Assembly: GCA_040954595.2 (NCBI GenBank) | Contig: CM082595.2 | Coordinates: 9,661,918 to 9,725,917, forward strand | DNA: 64,000 nucleotides | Origin: Balanoglossus misakiensis | Taxonomy: Eukaryota; Animalia; Hemichordata | Reading direction: 5' to 3' | Shown: in pieces, positions 39,172 through 51,410 of the stretch | Position numbering within the stretch: position 1 is the stretch's first letter | How the letters are laid out: each line of letters opens with the position of its first letter | Made by a program: the position numbers and the translations under genes | The notes under the pieces: model-generated | The model's input: only the letters and a program-made list of their open reading frames with translations | The model's database searches: none | Told to the model about the DNA's origin: nothing

Positions 39172-39324
39172 GTAAGTAATCACACAACCTATATGAGTGA
39201 AAGTTTCTTGTCATTTTCGCAACGTCAAGGTTGATATTCTCTTCTTGGATCGAAAATGTGTGACACAACAAATGAATCTGCGTGGCAGGGTCGGCTGTGT
39301 CTTTTGCTTCGAGGCATAGTCGTC

Positions 39325-40058
39325 TGTCACGCATCGACGGCTATACGTGAACTAGACAAATCGAATCGAACGATCAAATCTACGAAAATATATTCCACCT
39401 GGGGATTTAATTACTAATCATGAAAATATTACCCGTACATCAAAATACCATATACAGACATGACAATCAAAACGCCACGTGGTCAAACTTATGAAAATAA
39501 TCCGTTACAATCTTAACTTATCTTAACTTAACTTAAATCTAATAAATAAAGTCCGACAAACATCGTCCTCGTTGGCATGCATGTGGAGTCTGGTAATTCA
39601 TCCAGGTCTTCCTCCTGTCCGACTTGACCGCGACGCAGATACTCTTCGTGCACTTGCCAAAGTACACCGAGACGTCACCGCACATTCATTCCACACCAGC
39701 AATGTCCATTGACAGATCAAAGTTCCGTACGGCTAAACGCCCAATTTCAGAACATCTCGACATCAATTCAGTGTAGTGTGCTGGGTTATTAAAATATACC
39801 ACAGGTTGAGATGAAAAGTGATAGTCAAAACTCACATGGTTGGAGGATGTCTATGGATCCAAAATCATACACGTCAAACGCTATGGCTGCCATCCTATCA
39901 AATCCCCTAGGAAGTAGTCAGACCAGGTGGTCCTCAAGACTCCCCAAGCTACTAAAACACACGTATTCAATATACTAAATCTCACCACCGAGGGCGTAAA
40001 CTCTAGAGAGACAATTACAAGTACATACAATTATGCTATATCACAGAATATCGTCACA
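39325..40058 (-). repeat. 3' LTR of the Gmr1-like element
   Basis: No difference seen from 48755-49488; adjacent PPT. Confidence 0.95.
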
Positions 40059-40236
40059 CCCCCCTTCCAGAACAAGAAATTTTGGTATTGAAGATTCCAA
40101 AATTTCTAAGAATTCTAACTCTAGATTTACAAATACAATATATACTTTTTTTTTTTTTACAACTTTAAATATTTTCCTCTTAAGTAGCAAAATATATCTT
40201 TCATGAGAGATATATACACCAGTCAATTACAGTTAA

Positions 40237-42691
40237 TTAATACATACGGGATAAAGCATCGGCGCATACATTATCTTTTCCCCGAATGTGCCTAATCTCC
40301 AAGTCATATTCTTGTAACAACAAACTCCAATTAAGCAATCGTCGATTCTTATTTCTCATCTTATGCAAGAATACCAGCGGATTATGGTCTGTAAAAACTA
40401 CAACGGGTTTCCCAGATGAAGTTACATAGATTTCAAAGTGCTGAACTGCTAAGACTAAAGCAAGGGCTTCCTTCTCGATAGTAGAGTAATTCTGTTGACA
40501 AGAATTAAATTTCCTAGAAAAATAAGCAACTGAGTGTGCCACATTAGCACCATCAAATTGAAGTAATACAGCCCCAGCTCCCACGTCACTCGCGTCTACA
40601 TTCAATGCGAATGGTTTGGTAAAGTCGGGTGCTTTCAACACTGGTACAGTACACAGCAACGATTTGACTTTGTCAAATGATATCTGACATGACGAAGACC
40701 ATTCCAATTTTCTGCCCTTCTTTAACAAATTGGTTAGAGGGGCAGCCACTTCAGAAAAGTTTCTACAAAATTTCCTGTAGTAACCGGCCATCCCCAAGAA
40801 ACGCATTAAACCACGTCGATTTACTGGCACCGGATATTCAACAATATCTTTAATCTTAGCAGTAAGAGGAGCCACTTCACCTCCCCCCACAATATGGCCT
40901 AAATACCTAACTTTAGCCTTTCCGAATTGACATTTACTCAAATTTACAGTCAAGTTATCTCGTCGCAATCGGTCAAACAATTTGTCAAGTGATGCTACAT
41001 GTTCAGACCAAAGTACACCACCATATGAGGCAATGTCATCGATATAGGGATCTGTTTCTTTCATCCCTTCTACACATGAATTCATCATTCGTTGAAAAGT
41101 AGCTCCAGAATTTTTCATGCCAAAAGGCATAACTTTATACTGATACAAACCATCTGGTGTGGCAAAAGCAGATATCTCCTTGGCTCTTTCAGTCAATGGA
41201 ACACACCAATAACCTTTAAGCAAGTCTAAAGTAGTTATATACTGTGCTTTACCAATGCGATCTATACAGTCATCAATCCGAGGGATGGGATAAGAATCAG
41301 TTTTGGTGATGGCATTAACTTTCCTGTAATCAGTACAAAATCTTACACCGCCATCAGGCTTATCCACCAAAAGACATGGCGAAGCCCAACAGCTATTGCT
41401 AGTTTCGATGATATCATTATTCAACATATATTTAATTTCACCCCGAATTTTCTCAAGCTTCTCAGGGTTCACCCGATATGGATGTTGTTTGATGGGTCTG
41501 GTATTTCCCACATCTACATCATGAAAACACACATTAGTCCTCTTCGGCACATCAGGAAACAAATCGACATACTTATCTAATAACTGACTAATATCTTTCC
41601 TGTGGTCAGGTGACAAATGCCCCAATAAAGTATCCCGATTACTCAACAGCTCTGAGTTTTTCAATTTTACATCATGGTCGCTCTTAACGTCAGCAACTGC
41701 TACATATGTCGAGTCTGTTTCATGATCTACTTCTGGAGACATTATAGGCAATACATTATGTACATGGTTTTCATTACGATAAAGCTTTAACATGTTTATA
41801 TGACATAATTGTGTCGCCTTTCGACGATCAGGAGTTTCAATTACATAATTTACATCATCAACCTTCTCTAGAATTTTATACGGACCATGAAAACGTGCGC
41901 TCAAAGCATTTCCGGTTATGGGCAACAACGCTAATACTTTGTCACCAGGTTTAAAGGCGCGACTCTTCGCTACCCTATCGTACAAGTGTTTCATTTTATT
42001 TTGGGATGATTTCAAATTAGCTCGAGCAAGTTCACATGCCTCACTGAGTCTGGATTTAAATGTGGACACATACTTCAACAAGGTCATACCCGATGGACTG
42101 TCGTCAAGCCATTGTTCCTTCAGCAATTTAAGAGGACCGCGCACTCGATGGCCGAATATCAATTCAAATGGACTAAACCCCAACGACTCCTGAACAGACT
42201 CTCGAACTGCAAAAAGCAACAAATGCACCCCTTCGTCCCAATCCTTGTCATTGTTGAAACAATACACTCGAATCATATTTTTCAAGGTAGAATGGAACCT
42301 CTCTAAAGCCCCCTGCGACTCTGGATGATACGCACTGGATTTAACCTGATTTATCCCCATGTGATAAACTAGCTGCTGAAATAACCCAGACATAAAATTA
42401 GTTGCCTGGTCAGATTGAATCTCTCGTGGAAATCCAACCCATGCAAAGAAACGTGACAGTGCTCCGGCAATCACTGGAGCCGTTATGTTCCGAAGTGGAA
42501 TCGCCTCAGGAAAACGCGTAGACATACACATAATAGTCAGCAAATACTGATTCCTAGATCTAGTTTTTGGCAGAGGCCCTACACAATCAATCAGAATCTT
42601 ACTAAACGGTTCATCGAAGGCAGGGATGGGTTTCAACGGAGCGACAGGAACAGATTGATTAGGTTTTCCGACCAACTGACAAACATGACAA
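40237..42691 (-). CDS. pol: Pol 3' part: integrase core, RT, RNase H
   Basis: CHVCQ, IDCVGPLP, SDQ, GALERFH (DDE), GPY motif, then RFCTDYRKVN, DLLKGYW, MPFG, YIDD, DAS, EKEALA, TDH, ADALSR. Confidence 0.93.
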
Positions 42692-42886
42692 TGAGACATT
42701 TGAGTACTTTTGTGAATGGCGCCCTCTGTGTCAAGAGGTGGGAGGTGGGTAGCCTCGTTTTGGAGAGGGAACGCCATCTTGTTTTTGGTGTGTGATTGTA
42801 GATGTCGAGCATGGTCTGATGTGAATAAAGAGTCCATTGAAATACAGTTGTGTGTAGACGTTTCAATGGTGGCAGCGGTGTAAACG

Positions 42887-44080
42887 ATGGCCAAAAAAGT
42901 AGAATATTTCACCGGGGAGGAGAGAGGAGAACTGGAACCTTGGTTGGATAGATTCGATGCTATCATTGAGGCAGAAGGTAAAGAGAACAAAGCTGCAGCA
43001 ATAATACGCACGTGTTTGAAAGGAGATGCAGCGACCGTAATCCAATTGCTGTCGGTAGATGACAAAAAGGACATAGATAAGATAAAGGTAGAGTTGAGAA
43101 AACATTTTGGATTGAAGAGAGATGAATTGTCAGCACAGCGGGAATTTCATTGCCGTAAACTGGAATCCGGGGAGAGCATTGGGAAGTTCGTGCGTTCCCT
43201 AAGAAAGCTTGCAATTGAAGGATTTCCCAAATGCGTTGGTAGCGGATTAGACTCAATTATCAAAGGTCAGTTTATCGTCGGTCTTCCTAGGGAATTGGGC
43301 GACCAGTTATCTGTTGCCTTACACTACAAAGTTGCCGAAGCGGAGTTAAGTGAGGTCGTGGATTTTGCCACGAACTGCAACCGACGTGGAATACGGCGCA
43401 CTCTGGTAGAACGACGCAAATTAGATTCTGCACCATGGTTGCCATCAGTCTGCTGGCTCCCTGACCCTGCAGCATCCATCCCTTCATTTCCAGTCGGCTC
43501 CATTTCCGTCTGACGGTCTGGTACCACACTCCCCTGGGGGCGTATTACACTCCCCTGGGTTGGTATATTTCCTATACGTGAACTTCCCAAAAGATCCCCA
43601 TCCTCAGAATCGGAATATATGTTTGAAAGGAGATGCAGCGACCGTAATCTGTGCAATGAAATTCCCGCTGTGCTGACAATTCATCTCTCTTCATTTCTGT
43701 TTGCCACGAACTGGCAAAAATATCAGACAAAGGAGAACACTATTTCTGTTGACAACGTCATGCAAGTAGGGGAGGTCGATACAACCGTAAGTAGTGTGGT
43801 ACGCGAGGCTGTTGAATCTGCAATTTCAAGCTTAGAGCCAACAATTTCAGCAATGGTTGATGCGCAAGTTAATCGGGTGTACGGAAACCAGAGCAACCAA
43901 CAAAGAGGTCGTGGTAGAACCAGTCGCTCATCAACAAGGCCTGCACAGACAACTGGTAAGTGTTTTGAATGTGGACGGTTCGGCCATTTTAGAAGAAACT
44001 GTCCTAATCGGTTCCAGTGTTTCAAGTGTCATCGTTACGGACATAAGGCAGCCAATTGTCCTGAATTTTACCCAAACTAG
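42887..44080 (+). pseudogene. gag: Gag of the nested element, disrupted by a templated insertion (43378-43713)
   Basis: MAKKVEYFTGE..QFIVGLP..DFATN resumes as FATNWQKY.. with two CCHC knuckles (CFECGRFGHFRRNC, CFKCHRYGHKAANC). Confidence 0.88.
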
Positions 44081-44115
44081 TGGGAGGTCGGGGCGCTGGC
44101 CAGCCCTTGACCTCT
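44071..44115 (+). promoter_or_regulatory. -1 ribosomal frameshift signal (gag-pro)
   Basis: Slippery C CCA AAC just before the gag TAG, then a hairpin GAGGTCGGGGC..GCCCTTGACCTC about 6 nt downstream; the protease ORF is in the -1 frame. Confidence 0.75.
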
Positions 44116-44712
44116 GTTGAGAAGACGGCCATGGATGGTCTGTGTACTGATGATCTGGTGAGTGGCAATGTTCGGGGGACCCCGGAACTGCCTGTCCGGG
44201 GCCTTAGAGCCTGGGGATTGCCACATGACCAGAATCAGTATCATAGTCAACAAACTGTTACCGAACAACAAATGAACAACGATGAACTCTCACCCCAAAT
44301 ATTAACCACAATGACTTCACGCACATGCGGCGACCAATATAGGACTACGGGTATGATAAATGGAGTTGAGACGCCCATATTCGTAGATAGTGGTTCACAA
44401 ATTACCATAGTCAGAAGTGATCTACCAGCCATAAACGGGTTGCCACTGTATCCTGTGAATATTCAGCCAGAAGCAGTTAATGGTACACCCGTATGCTTTG
44501 ATGGCCAGGTGCAAGTCGATCTTACTGTTCAAAATTTTGTCATTGGTCCAACATGGGTGTATGTAATGTCTCCAAAGCTCATGCGCAATGAATTCTTGAT
44601 GGGAACGGATGTTATGGAAAAACTGGGAAGCATGGAAGTTGATTTTGTAAAGAAAACTGTGACTTTCAAAGGACTGACACAACCTAATACTTACCTCAGC
44701 AAACCTGTAAAT
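44080..44712 (+). CDS. Aspartic protease of the nested element (pol truncated after it)
   Basis: FVDSGSQIT and FLMGTD motifs. Confidence 0.85.
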
Positions 44713-44822
44713 AACAAGATGGCGTTCCCTCTCCAAAACGAGGCTACCCACCTCCCACCTCTTGACACAGAGGGCGCCATTCACAAAAGTACTCAAATGT
44801 CTCATAACTTCCCCCCCTTCCC

Positions 44823-46018
44823 AAAGGAAATCGCTACATTGTAACCATAAATGATGGCTTTAGTAAATTTGTTGTAGCTAAAGCAGTACCCAATCAAGAA
44901 AGTTCTACCATAGCAGAAATATTCATCAATGATTGGTGTTTGTTGTTTGGTCCACCAGAGACATTACACAGTGATCAGGGACGAAATTTCGAAAGTAATC
45001 TCCTGTCTGAGGTGTGCAGAATGTTCAACACATCAAAAACAAGAACATCAAGTTACCACCCATCTGGAAATGGACAAACAGAACATTTCAACCTTACTTT
45101 GGCTGACATGTTAAAGAACTATGTTAACGAGTGTCAAGACAATTGGGATGACCATCTACCAAAAGTCATCCACACCTATAACACGAGTGAACATGATGCT
45201 ACCGGGCATACACCGTATTTCTTACTGTACGGTCAGGAGGTTAGAACTGCATTGCAGCCAGTACCCACAGACACAGTCAATTCAAGAGGTTTGTGTACAG
45301 CCCGGGACAGGGTCAAAGATCATTTTGACAAACTCACCAAGGCCAGAAAACTGGTGTATGATAGACTGGCTAAATTGAGAGACAGACGTTGTGAGAAGTC
45401 AAAGATAAACAGCCGATTCTGTAAATACAATGTTGGTGACAAAGTTATGGTTGCTAACAATGCCAGAAGGAAGGGACGTTCACCTAAACTCAGTGCCCGA
45501 TGGAATGGTCCTTACATCGTCGTCAAGGTAATCAGCGATGTGTTGTACAGGATAAGCCAGGGGGGGGGGGGCGGAGAAGGAAAGTGATACATCATGATCA
45601 ACTTCGTCCATACAGAGAGAGGCCAGGACATTTATACAGTAAGACGAGTGAGCAGACAATTGATGCTGGTTCGCCTTTGCGAGATCCAGAGGTGTCAACT
45701 AATGGTAATGACCAACCGTCAGTTGCCGATAGTAGTGATTCCGATTCCGATTCTGAGGATGGGGATCTTTTGGGAAGTTCACGTATAGGAAATATACCAA
45801 CCCAGGGGAGTGTGTTACCCACCCAGGGGAGTGTGGTACCAGACCGTCAGACGGAAATGGAGCCGACTGGAAATGAAGGGATGGATGCTGCAGGGTCAGG
45901 GAGCCAGCAGACTGATGGCAACCATGGTGCAGAATCTAATTTGCGTCGTTCTACCAGAGTGCGCCGTATTCCACGTCGGTTGCAGGATTATGTACTCACG
46001 GAACAGATATCGGACTAA
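44823..46018 (+). pseudogene. Integrase core and C-terminus of the nested element (N-truncated, frameshift in the G run near 45560)
   Basis: KGNRYIVTIND..FGPPETLHSDQGRNFES..YHPSGNGQTE..WNGPY..VIHHDQLRPY. Confidence 0.88.
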
Positions 46019-46364
46019 AACTGTCTTTGTTGACTGTCGACTACTGTGTATGAAAAAAATGCATTGATTGTTAAACATTATTTATTTATTTATTTTATTT
46101 AATTATTTGCAACAGGCATGGAACACTTGGACTCTTGAATTTATTCTTGTCACATGTGGACATGTGCAGGGAAGGGGGGGAAGTTATGAGACATTTGAGT
46201 ACTTTTGTGAATGGCGCCCTCTGTGTCAAGAGGTGGGAGGTGGGTAGCCTCGTTTTGGAGAGGGAACGCCATCTTGTTTTTGGTGTGTGATTGTAGATGT
46301 CGAGCATGGTCTGATGTGAATAAAGAGTCCATTGAAATACAGTTGTGTGTAGACGTTTCAACAA

Positions 46365-47260
46365 TTTCTGCAATAATCAGCAACGCTCTTTCTAATTTTT
46401 GGCCAATAGAAATGTCGAGTAATTTTCCACATAGTCTTGGAAACACCCAAGTGTCCACCCATTGGACCCTCATGGGCCAATCCCAAAATCTGAGATCGAT
46501 AACTTTCAGGAACAACAATTTGGTACAATACCGACCATTCATTCGACGCAGGCTCAGTGGGAGGACGCCATTTTCTCATCAGTACTCCCTGATTCACAAA
46601 GTAACCCCTTGGAACCTTTTTCAACTCATCGACAGACAAAACCACTTCAAACAGTGGAGCAAGATCGGAATCTTTACTCTGTTCTGATATCAATTTCTCA
46701 CGAGACAGCGACATTTTCGAATCAACTTTATCGACTGACGTTTTCGAAACATTATCATCAACTTTCAATAAACTTTCATCGTCTACAACATTCGAAATCA
46801 ACTTTCCCATAAAAGTCTCAGACAAATCAAGATCATCAGACATCGATTCTAAATTATGCGCTTCTTTGTTCATGTGCTTGACCTGAGAACGTGTTACGGC
46901 ACAAGCAGGAAAAATACCGGGAATGTCATTCTCCAGCTTTTCGGTTTCGGCAGACGTAACTGGACCAAACACCACTTTAGGATCAGCAATGACCCGACCT
47001 CCGGCCAAATCATTGCCTAGCAACAAAGATATACCTTTAATCGGCAATGACGGTCGAATCCCCACCACTACAGGACCAGACACCAAACTTGAATCAAGGA
47101 CTACTCGATGAAGAGGTACCGTAAGGAAATTTCCCTCAATACCTTGTATAATAACTTGCTCCCCAGTATCCGTCCCAGAATCAACAGGCAAAATTCCTTC
47201 TAACAGCAAAGACTGGGTTGCACCTGTGTCCCGCAAGATCCGAATGGGCATAGGTTTTCC
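46365..47260 (-). CDS. pol: Pol 5' part: aspartic protease and N-half of the integrase HHCC zinc finger
   Basis: ILRDTGA and LLGNDL protease motifs; LAHEGPMGGHLG..FYWP..DYCRN, cut by the nested element. Confidence 0.9.
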
Positions 47261-48704
47261 CCCCAACAACTGACACAAACCCATCTGTAACAAAGGGCTG
47301 AAATTCCTTTCTAATTACGGGTTTTCTAATTTCATCAATACGACTTGATAAAGCTTCCGAAACAACTTTTGGACAAGCAGACACAAAAGCATTAGGCGAC
47401 GCTACATTTTGCTGTGCCCGTTTCAAAAGCAAACATTCATTTCTTGTGTGTCCCCTCTTTTGGCAATATGAACACTGAGGAAACGTAGGACATGACGACA
47501 TTACGTGCCCCGGTTTCTTACAATAATGGCATATGGGAGGGCTCGAGCCAATTCTCAATTTATTCTGATGATTAAAATTTGATCCACTTGTACGATTTAC
47601 CTGAATGGGAGGTTTTGAATAATTTGGTTTATACCCTCCAGCATTGGCGACAGTCGCTGACGCTGTTGCCCTACCCGGTCCATGGTCTTTACCTCTGTAA
47701 GAAGAAAGTTTATGTGTCAATGCAAAATCATCAGACATTGTGGCAGCTTTATGCAATGACTCAATATCTCTTTCATCTAAATATGTTTTGATTTCATCAT
47801 GCACGCAACTCTTAAATTCTTCAATCAAAATTAACTGTTTCAATTTATCAAAATCGTTTCCAACATCTTTAGCACGGCACCATCGGTCAAAATACACCTC
47901 TTTCAAATGGGCAAATTCAACATGAGTACGACTCGACTTCTGCAAATTTCTAAATTTCTGTCGATATGCCTCCGGCACCAACTCATACGCTTTCAAAATA
48001 GCAGTTTTAACTGCCTCATAATCGACATACTCATCAGGGGACAAATTCGAGTATGCTTCTTGAGCTTTACCTCTCAAAACACTTTGCAACAACAAAGGCC
48101 ACTTATCCTTAGGCCATTTCAAACTATTGGCGACACGCTCAAAATGTTGGAAATATTTATCTATATCATCCTCATTAAATTGAGGTACTAAGCGTATCTG
48201 TTTTCCCAAATCAAAATAACTCTCTTCATTTCTTACATCTGGTCGAAGACCCATTGACTCTCTCTCAAGATTATTTCTCATTTCCATTTCTTTTATTTTC
48301 ATCTTTTCCGCAGTTTCAATTTCTTTTACTCTAATTTCGAATTCTTTTAATTTCAATTTTTCCTGCATTTCAATTTCTTTTAATTTCAATTTCTCCTTCA
48401 ATTCAAATTCCATTTTTAATTCCATCAGACGCAAATCAGCATTTGTCGACTTTTCTTCAATTTCAGGATACTGAATTAAAGCATCTAGTGGCAATTTATC
48501 CTCATCGACCAGAAATGCAACAATGATACGCTTAATTTCATCTTTACGCATGGAAGTTTTCACGCTGAGCTCAAGTTTGTTTGCAATCTCAATTAAATCC
48601 ACCTTTTTACATGCTTCCAATCCGGCAAGGGATGGTGACTCAATAAATTCTGCGATATCCATGTTTCTTCTATATTTATACTCAAAAATAAATCTATACC
48701 ACAA
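47181..48704 (-). CDS. gag: Gag of the Gmr1-like element (likely start MDIAEF near 48662)
   Basis: Coiled-coil, SCAN/capsid-like AYELVPEAYRQKFR, two CCHC knuckles (CHYCKKPGHVMSSC, CSYCQKRGHTRNEC). Confidence 0.9.
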   Translation of the reverse strand: MWYRFIFEYKYRRNMDIAEFIESPSLAGLEACKKVDLIEIANKLELSVKTSMRKDEIKRIIVAFLVDEDKLPLDALIQYPEIEEKSTNADLRLMELKMEFELKEKLKLKEIEMQEKLKLKEFEIRVKEIETAEKMKIKEMEMRNNLERESMGLRPDVRNEESYFDLGKQIRLVPQFNEDDIDKYFQHFERVANSLKWPKDKWPLLLQSVLRGKAQEAYSNLSPDEYVDYEAVKTAILKAYELVPEAYRQKFRNLQKSSRTHVEFAHLKEVYFDRWCRAKDVGNDFDKLKQLILIEEFKSCVHDEIKTYLDERDIESLHKAATMSDDFALTHKLSSYRGKDHGPGRATASATVANAGGYKPNYSKPPIQVNRTSGSNFNHQNKLRIGSSPPICHYCKKPGHVMSSCPTFPQCSYCQKRGHTRNECLLLKRAQQNVASPNAFVSACPKVVSEALSSRIDEIRKPVIRKEFQPFVTDGFVSVVGGKTYAHSDLAGHRCNPVFAVRRNFAC

Positions 48705-48754
48705 TCTATACTACGTAACTAATACTACGGTTAAAACTCCCGGACGAGCCCCCA

Positions 48755-49488
48755 TGTCACGCATCGACGGCTATACGTGAACTAGACAAATCGAATCGAA
48801 CGATCAAATCTACGAAAATATATTCCACCTGGGGATTTAATTACTAATCATGAAAATATTACCCGTACATCAAAATACCATATACAGACATGACAATCAA
48901 AACGCCACGTGGTCAAACTTATGAAAATAATCCGTTACAATCTTAACTTATCTTAACTTAACTTAAATCTAATAAATAAAGTCCGACAAACATCGTCCTC
49001 GTTGGCATGCATGTGGAGTCTGGTAATTCATCCAGGTCTTCCTCCTGTCCGACTTGACCGCGACGCAGATACTCTTCGTGCACTTGCCAAAGTACACCGA
49101 GACGTCACCGCACATTCATTCCACACCAGCAATGTCCATTGACAGATCAAAGTTCCGTACGGCTAAACGCCCAATTTCAGAACATCTCGACATCAATTCA
49201 GTGTAGTGTGCTGGGTTATTAAAATATACCACAGGTTGAGATGAAAAGTGATAGTCAAAACTCACATGGTTGGAGGATGTCTATGGATCCAAAATCATAC
49301 ACGTCAAACGCTATGGCTGCCATCCTATCAAATCCCCTAGGAAGTAGTCAGACCAGGTGGTCCTCAAGACTCCCCAAGCTACTAAAACACACGTATTCAA
49401 TATACTAAATCTCACCACCGAGGGCGTAAACTCTAGAGAGACAATTACAAGTACATACAATTATGCTATATCACAGAATATCGTCACA
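48755..49488 (-). repeat. 5' LTR of the Gmr1-like element
   Basis: Followed on the minus strand by the tRNA-Pro PBS. Confidence 0.95.
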
Positions 49489-50181
49489 CGTAAGACACAC
49501 ATCCCTAACACGCGAAGCCAGCTTATCCTTTGATCAAATGGCAGCGCTATTCTAAATATTTTACAGCATGCCCTAAAGGACAAACACGTGCCGCTGGAAG
49601 AGGCCAACACTCAGCAGAGACGGCAAGATGTTAACAGAGATGAGCCCCAACAATAAATTAATATTGTTCCTTTTATTTAGAAAACGCCGCATAATTAGCC
49701 AACCAATCATGGTTATGAGAAACCTCCAAAATACAATGTATCGATATTTACTGCATCTGTTCATACTTCGCCCGCGCTTTAAAAACCCTATAGCTGCTAA
49801 AATTGGCATATTTTTTTCCAGAGTACAATACTTCATATGTATATTCCCTATTCCCTAAAATCTTCACCCGTGACCATTGAGCCATATTACTTGCATTTGC
49901 ATTGGTTTGTCATAACTTGGCGTCGCATTTCACGATAGCTGCTTAGCTGCTATTGTTTGTATGAAGGCTGATTAAATCGGTGAGGCACCGTTTTAATACA
50001 TAGCATGTTCCAATTGCAACATGCAGTCACAATCGGGCATCGATAAGATGTTTATGTATACCTATCAGTAAGCTTATTTTGATGAACCAATTTAAGTTGG
50101 AAAATAAAATCATGAAAATAATGCTAAAAGTGGCAGCTTTGGAGGCTTTAAACTACAGTTCTCCCAAATTGTCTTGACTAA

Positions 50182-50332
50182 ATGACATACATGTGGTCAA
50201 AAGTTCTGACTGCAGAAGAGGTTGCAGCTGTGGCGGGGGACTGTTCAATTGGAGGAAATATATTTACATGGAATAAAGACAATATTGAAATGGCAGCAGA
50301 AATAGTTCCTACTGAAAAGAATGCTATCTGCA
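50182..50332 (+). pseudogene. Pentraxin/LamG C-terminal exon fragment
   Basis: YMWSKVLTAEEVAAVAGDCSIGGNIFTW resembles the pentraxin W..VL..EE....C...GN.I.W motif; donor A|gtgagt (phase 1); in-frame TAA directly upstream. Confidence 0.6.
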
Positions 50333-51219
50333 GTGAGTATCACAACTTTAAAATGAAAGATTTTGCAAATTTAAAAAAAATATTGAGTGTTTTGACATGC
50401 GTCAGTGGTCAGTAACACACAAGCTGCATGATAAGAGGGTCACGAGAAATTGTAAGCCGCAATGTATAATGGATTAACTCCATGACCTATGCGACCTACG
50501 AACTGTGACGTACAGAATTTATTTCTACGTGTAATGCGGTCTGCGGCAGTGAGCCACAGACCGCATTGCGAGAGCAGTGAGAATTCACCACAATGCAAAC
50601 TTTCTGAACGTAGGTTGATCTTCGAATGAAATATTACCTTGTCACCAGTTTTCCACATGGCTACACTGTAAAATTGGGTGACGTGTTCGTTCACAAGTGG
50701 AATAATTGTGAGTAGTAAAGCACGCGAAGTTAAGCAACGAGCACGTTTTGAAATGCGCGCAGATGATCCCAGTTTAGCAAATTCAGGCCATTGCGTGCAT
50801 GCAAAATAAAATAATACTGTACCGGGGGTGAGCCTACTTTCTTTCCATACAGATACACGTATATGTTGGTTAAGGTATGTGACAAACAGTTTTCATGTAA
50901 CAGCCAGTGATGCTGACCATAAAACCAGCGCAGCTGATGCTTTCATCTACAATTTGCAACATGGACGTTTGTGTCTCTGCATGTGTCGTGCATGTTACTG
51001 CTGAACAAAAAAGATATGCGGGCACCACAGGCTGGCGAAAGCGGTGCTCACGTGCTCTGCAAGCTGATGTTGTCACTAAATTGGCAAAGTATTGTACACA
51101 TGGAGGAGTTTCTTGAGCTGTCTGTTGTATAAATGTCGGTTGTGAGTACATTATTTTTTATTTTATTTTAATAATTTTCAAAGCCCCTATGATTGAAGCA
51201 TATTATTACGACTCATCCG

Positions 51220-51278
51220 TTCATCATTCATTCATTCATTCATTCATTCATTCATTCATTCATTCATTCATCCATTCA
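51220..51278 (+). repeat. (TTCA)n microsatellite
   Basis: Directly visible. Confidence 0.9.
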
Positions 51279-51366
51279 GTCAGTCACTGTACCAATTGAA
51301 GACGCCCTTGTATAGGAGAATTTAGCTATGTACTGACTGTCTTTTCATTTTTTCTTCATCCAATAG

Positions 51367-51410
51367 AATCTACCGACCTGGTCGCTGTCAATAACAATTC
51401 AACTCCTTAA
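51367..51410 (+). CDS. Putative terminal exon (K)STDLVAVNNNSTP*
   Basis: Branch-like tactgac, pyrimidine tract and tag| acceptor; phase-compatible with the 50332 donor; AATAAA at about 51679 and 51718. Confidence 0.45.

Larger units (their letters stand above)
42692..46360 (+). mobile_element. Nested, rearranged non-autonomous Ty3/Gypsy element
   Basis: 174-bp LTRs (42692-42865, 46187-46360) with no difference seen; perfect ACAA TSD; tRNA-Leu-type PBS TGGTGGCAGCGGTG; PPT GGGAAGGGGGGGAAG; RT and RNase H absent. Confidence 0.95.
39325..49488 (-). mobile_element. Gmr1-like Ty3/Gypsy LTR retrotransposon (integrase upstream of RT), interrupted by a nested element
   Basis: 734-bp TG..CA LTRs; tRNA-Pro PBS TGGGGGCTCGTCCGGGA next to 48755; PPT GGAAGGGGGGG next to 40058; flanks CGTC/CGTA (4-bp TSD with one mismatch); domain order gag-PR-INT-RT-RH. 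Confidence 0.95.

Noticed and set aside
42692-43074. N-terminal part of the 945-aa ORF as real Pol sequence
   Set aside because: It is antisense read-through of the nested element's LTR and gag; true Pol continues at 46365.
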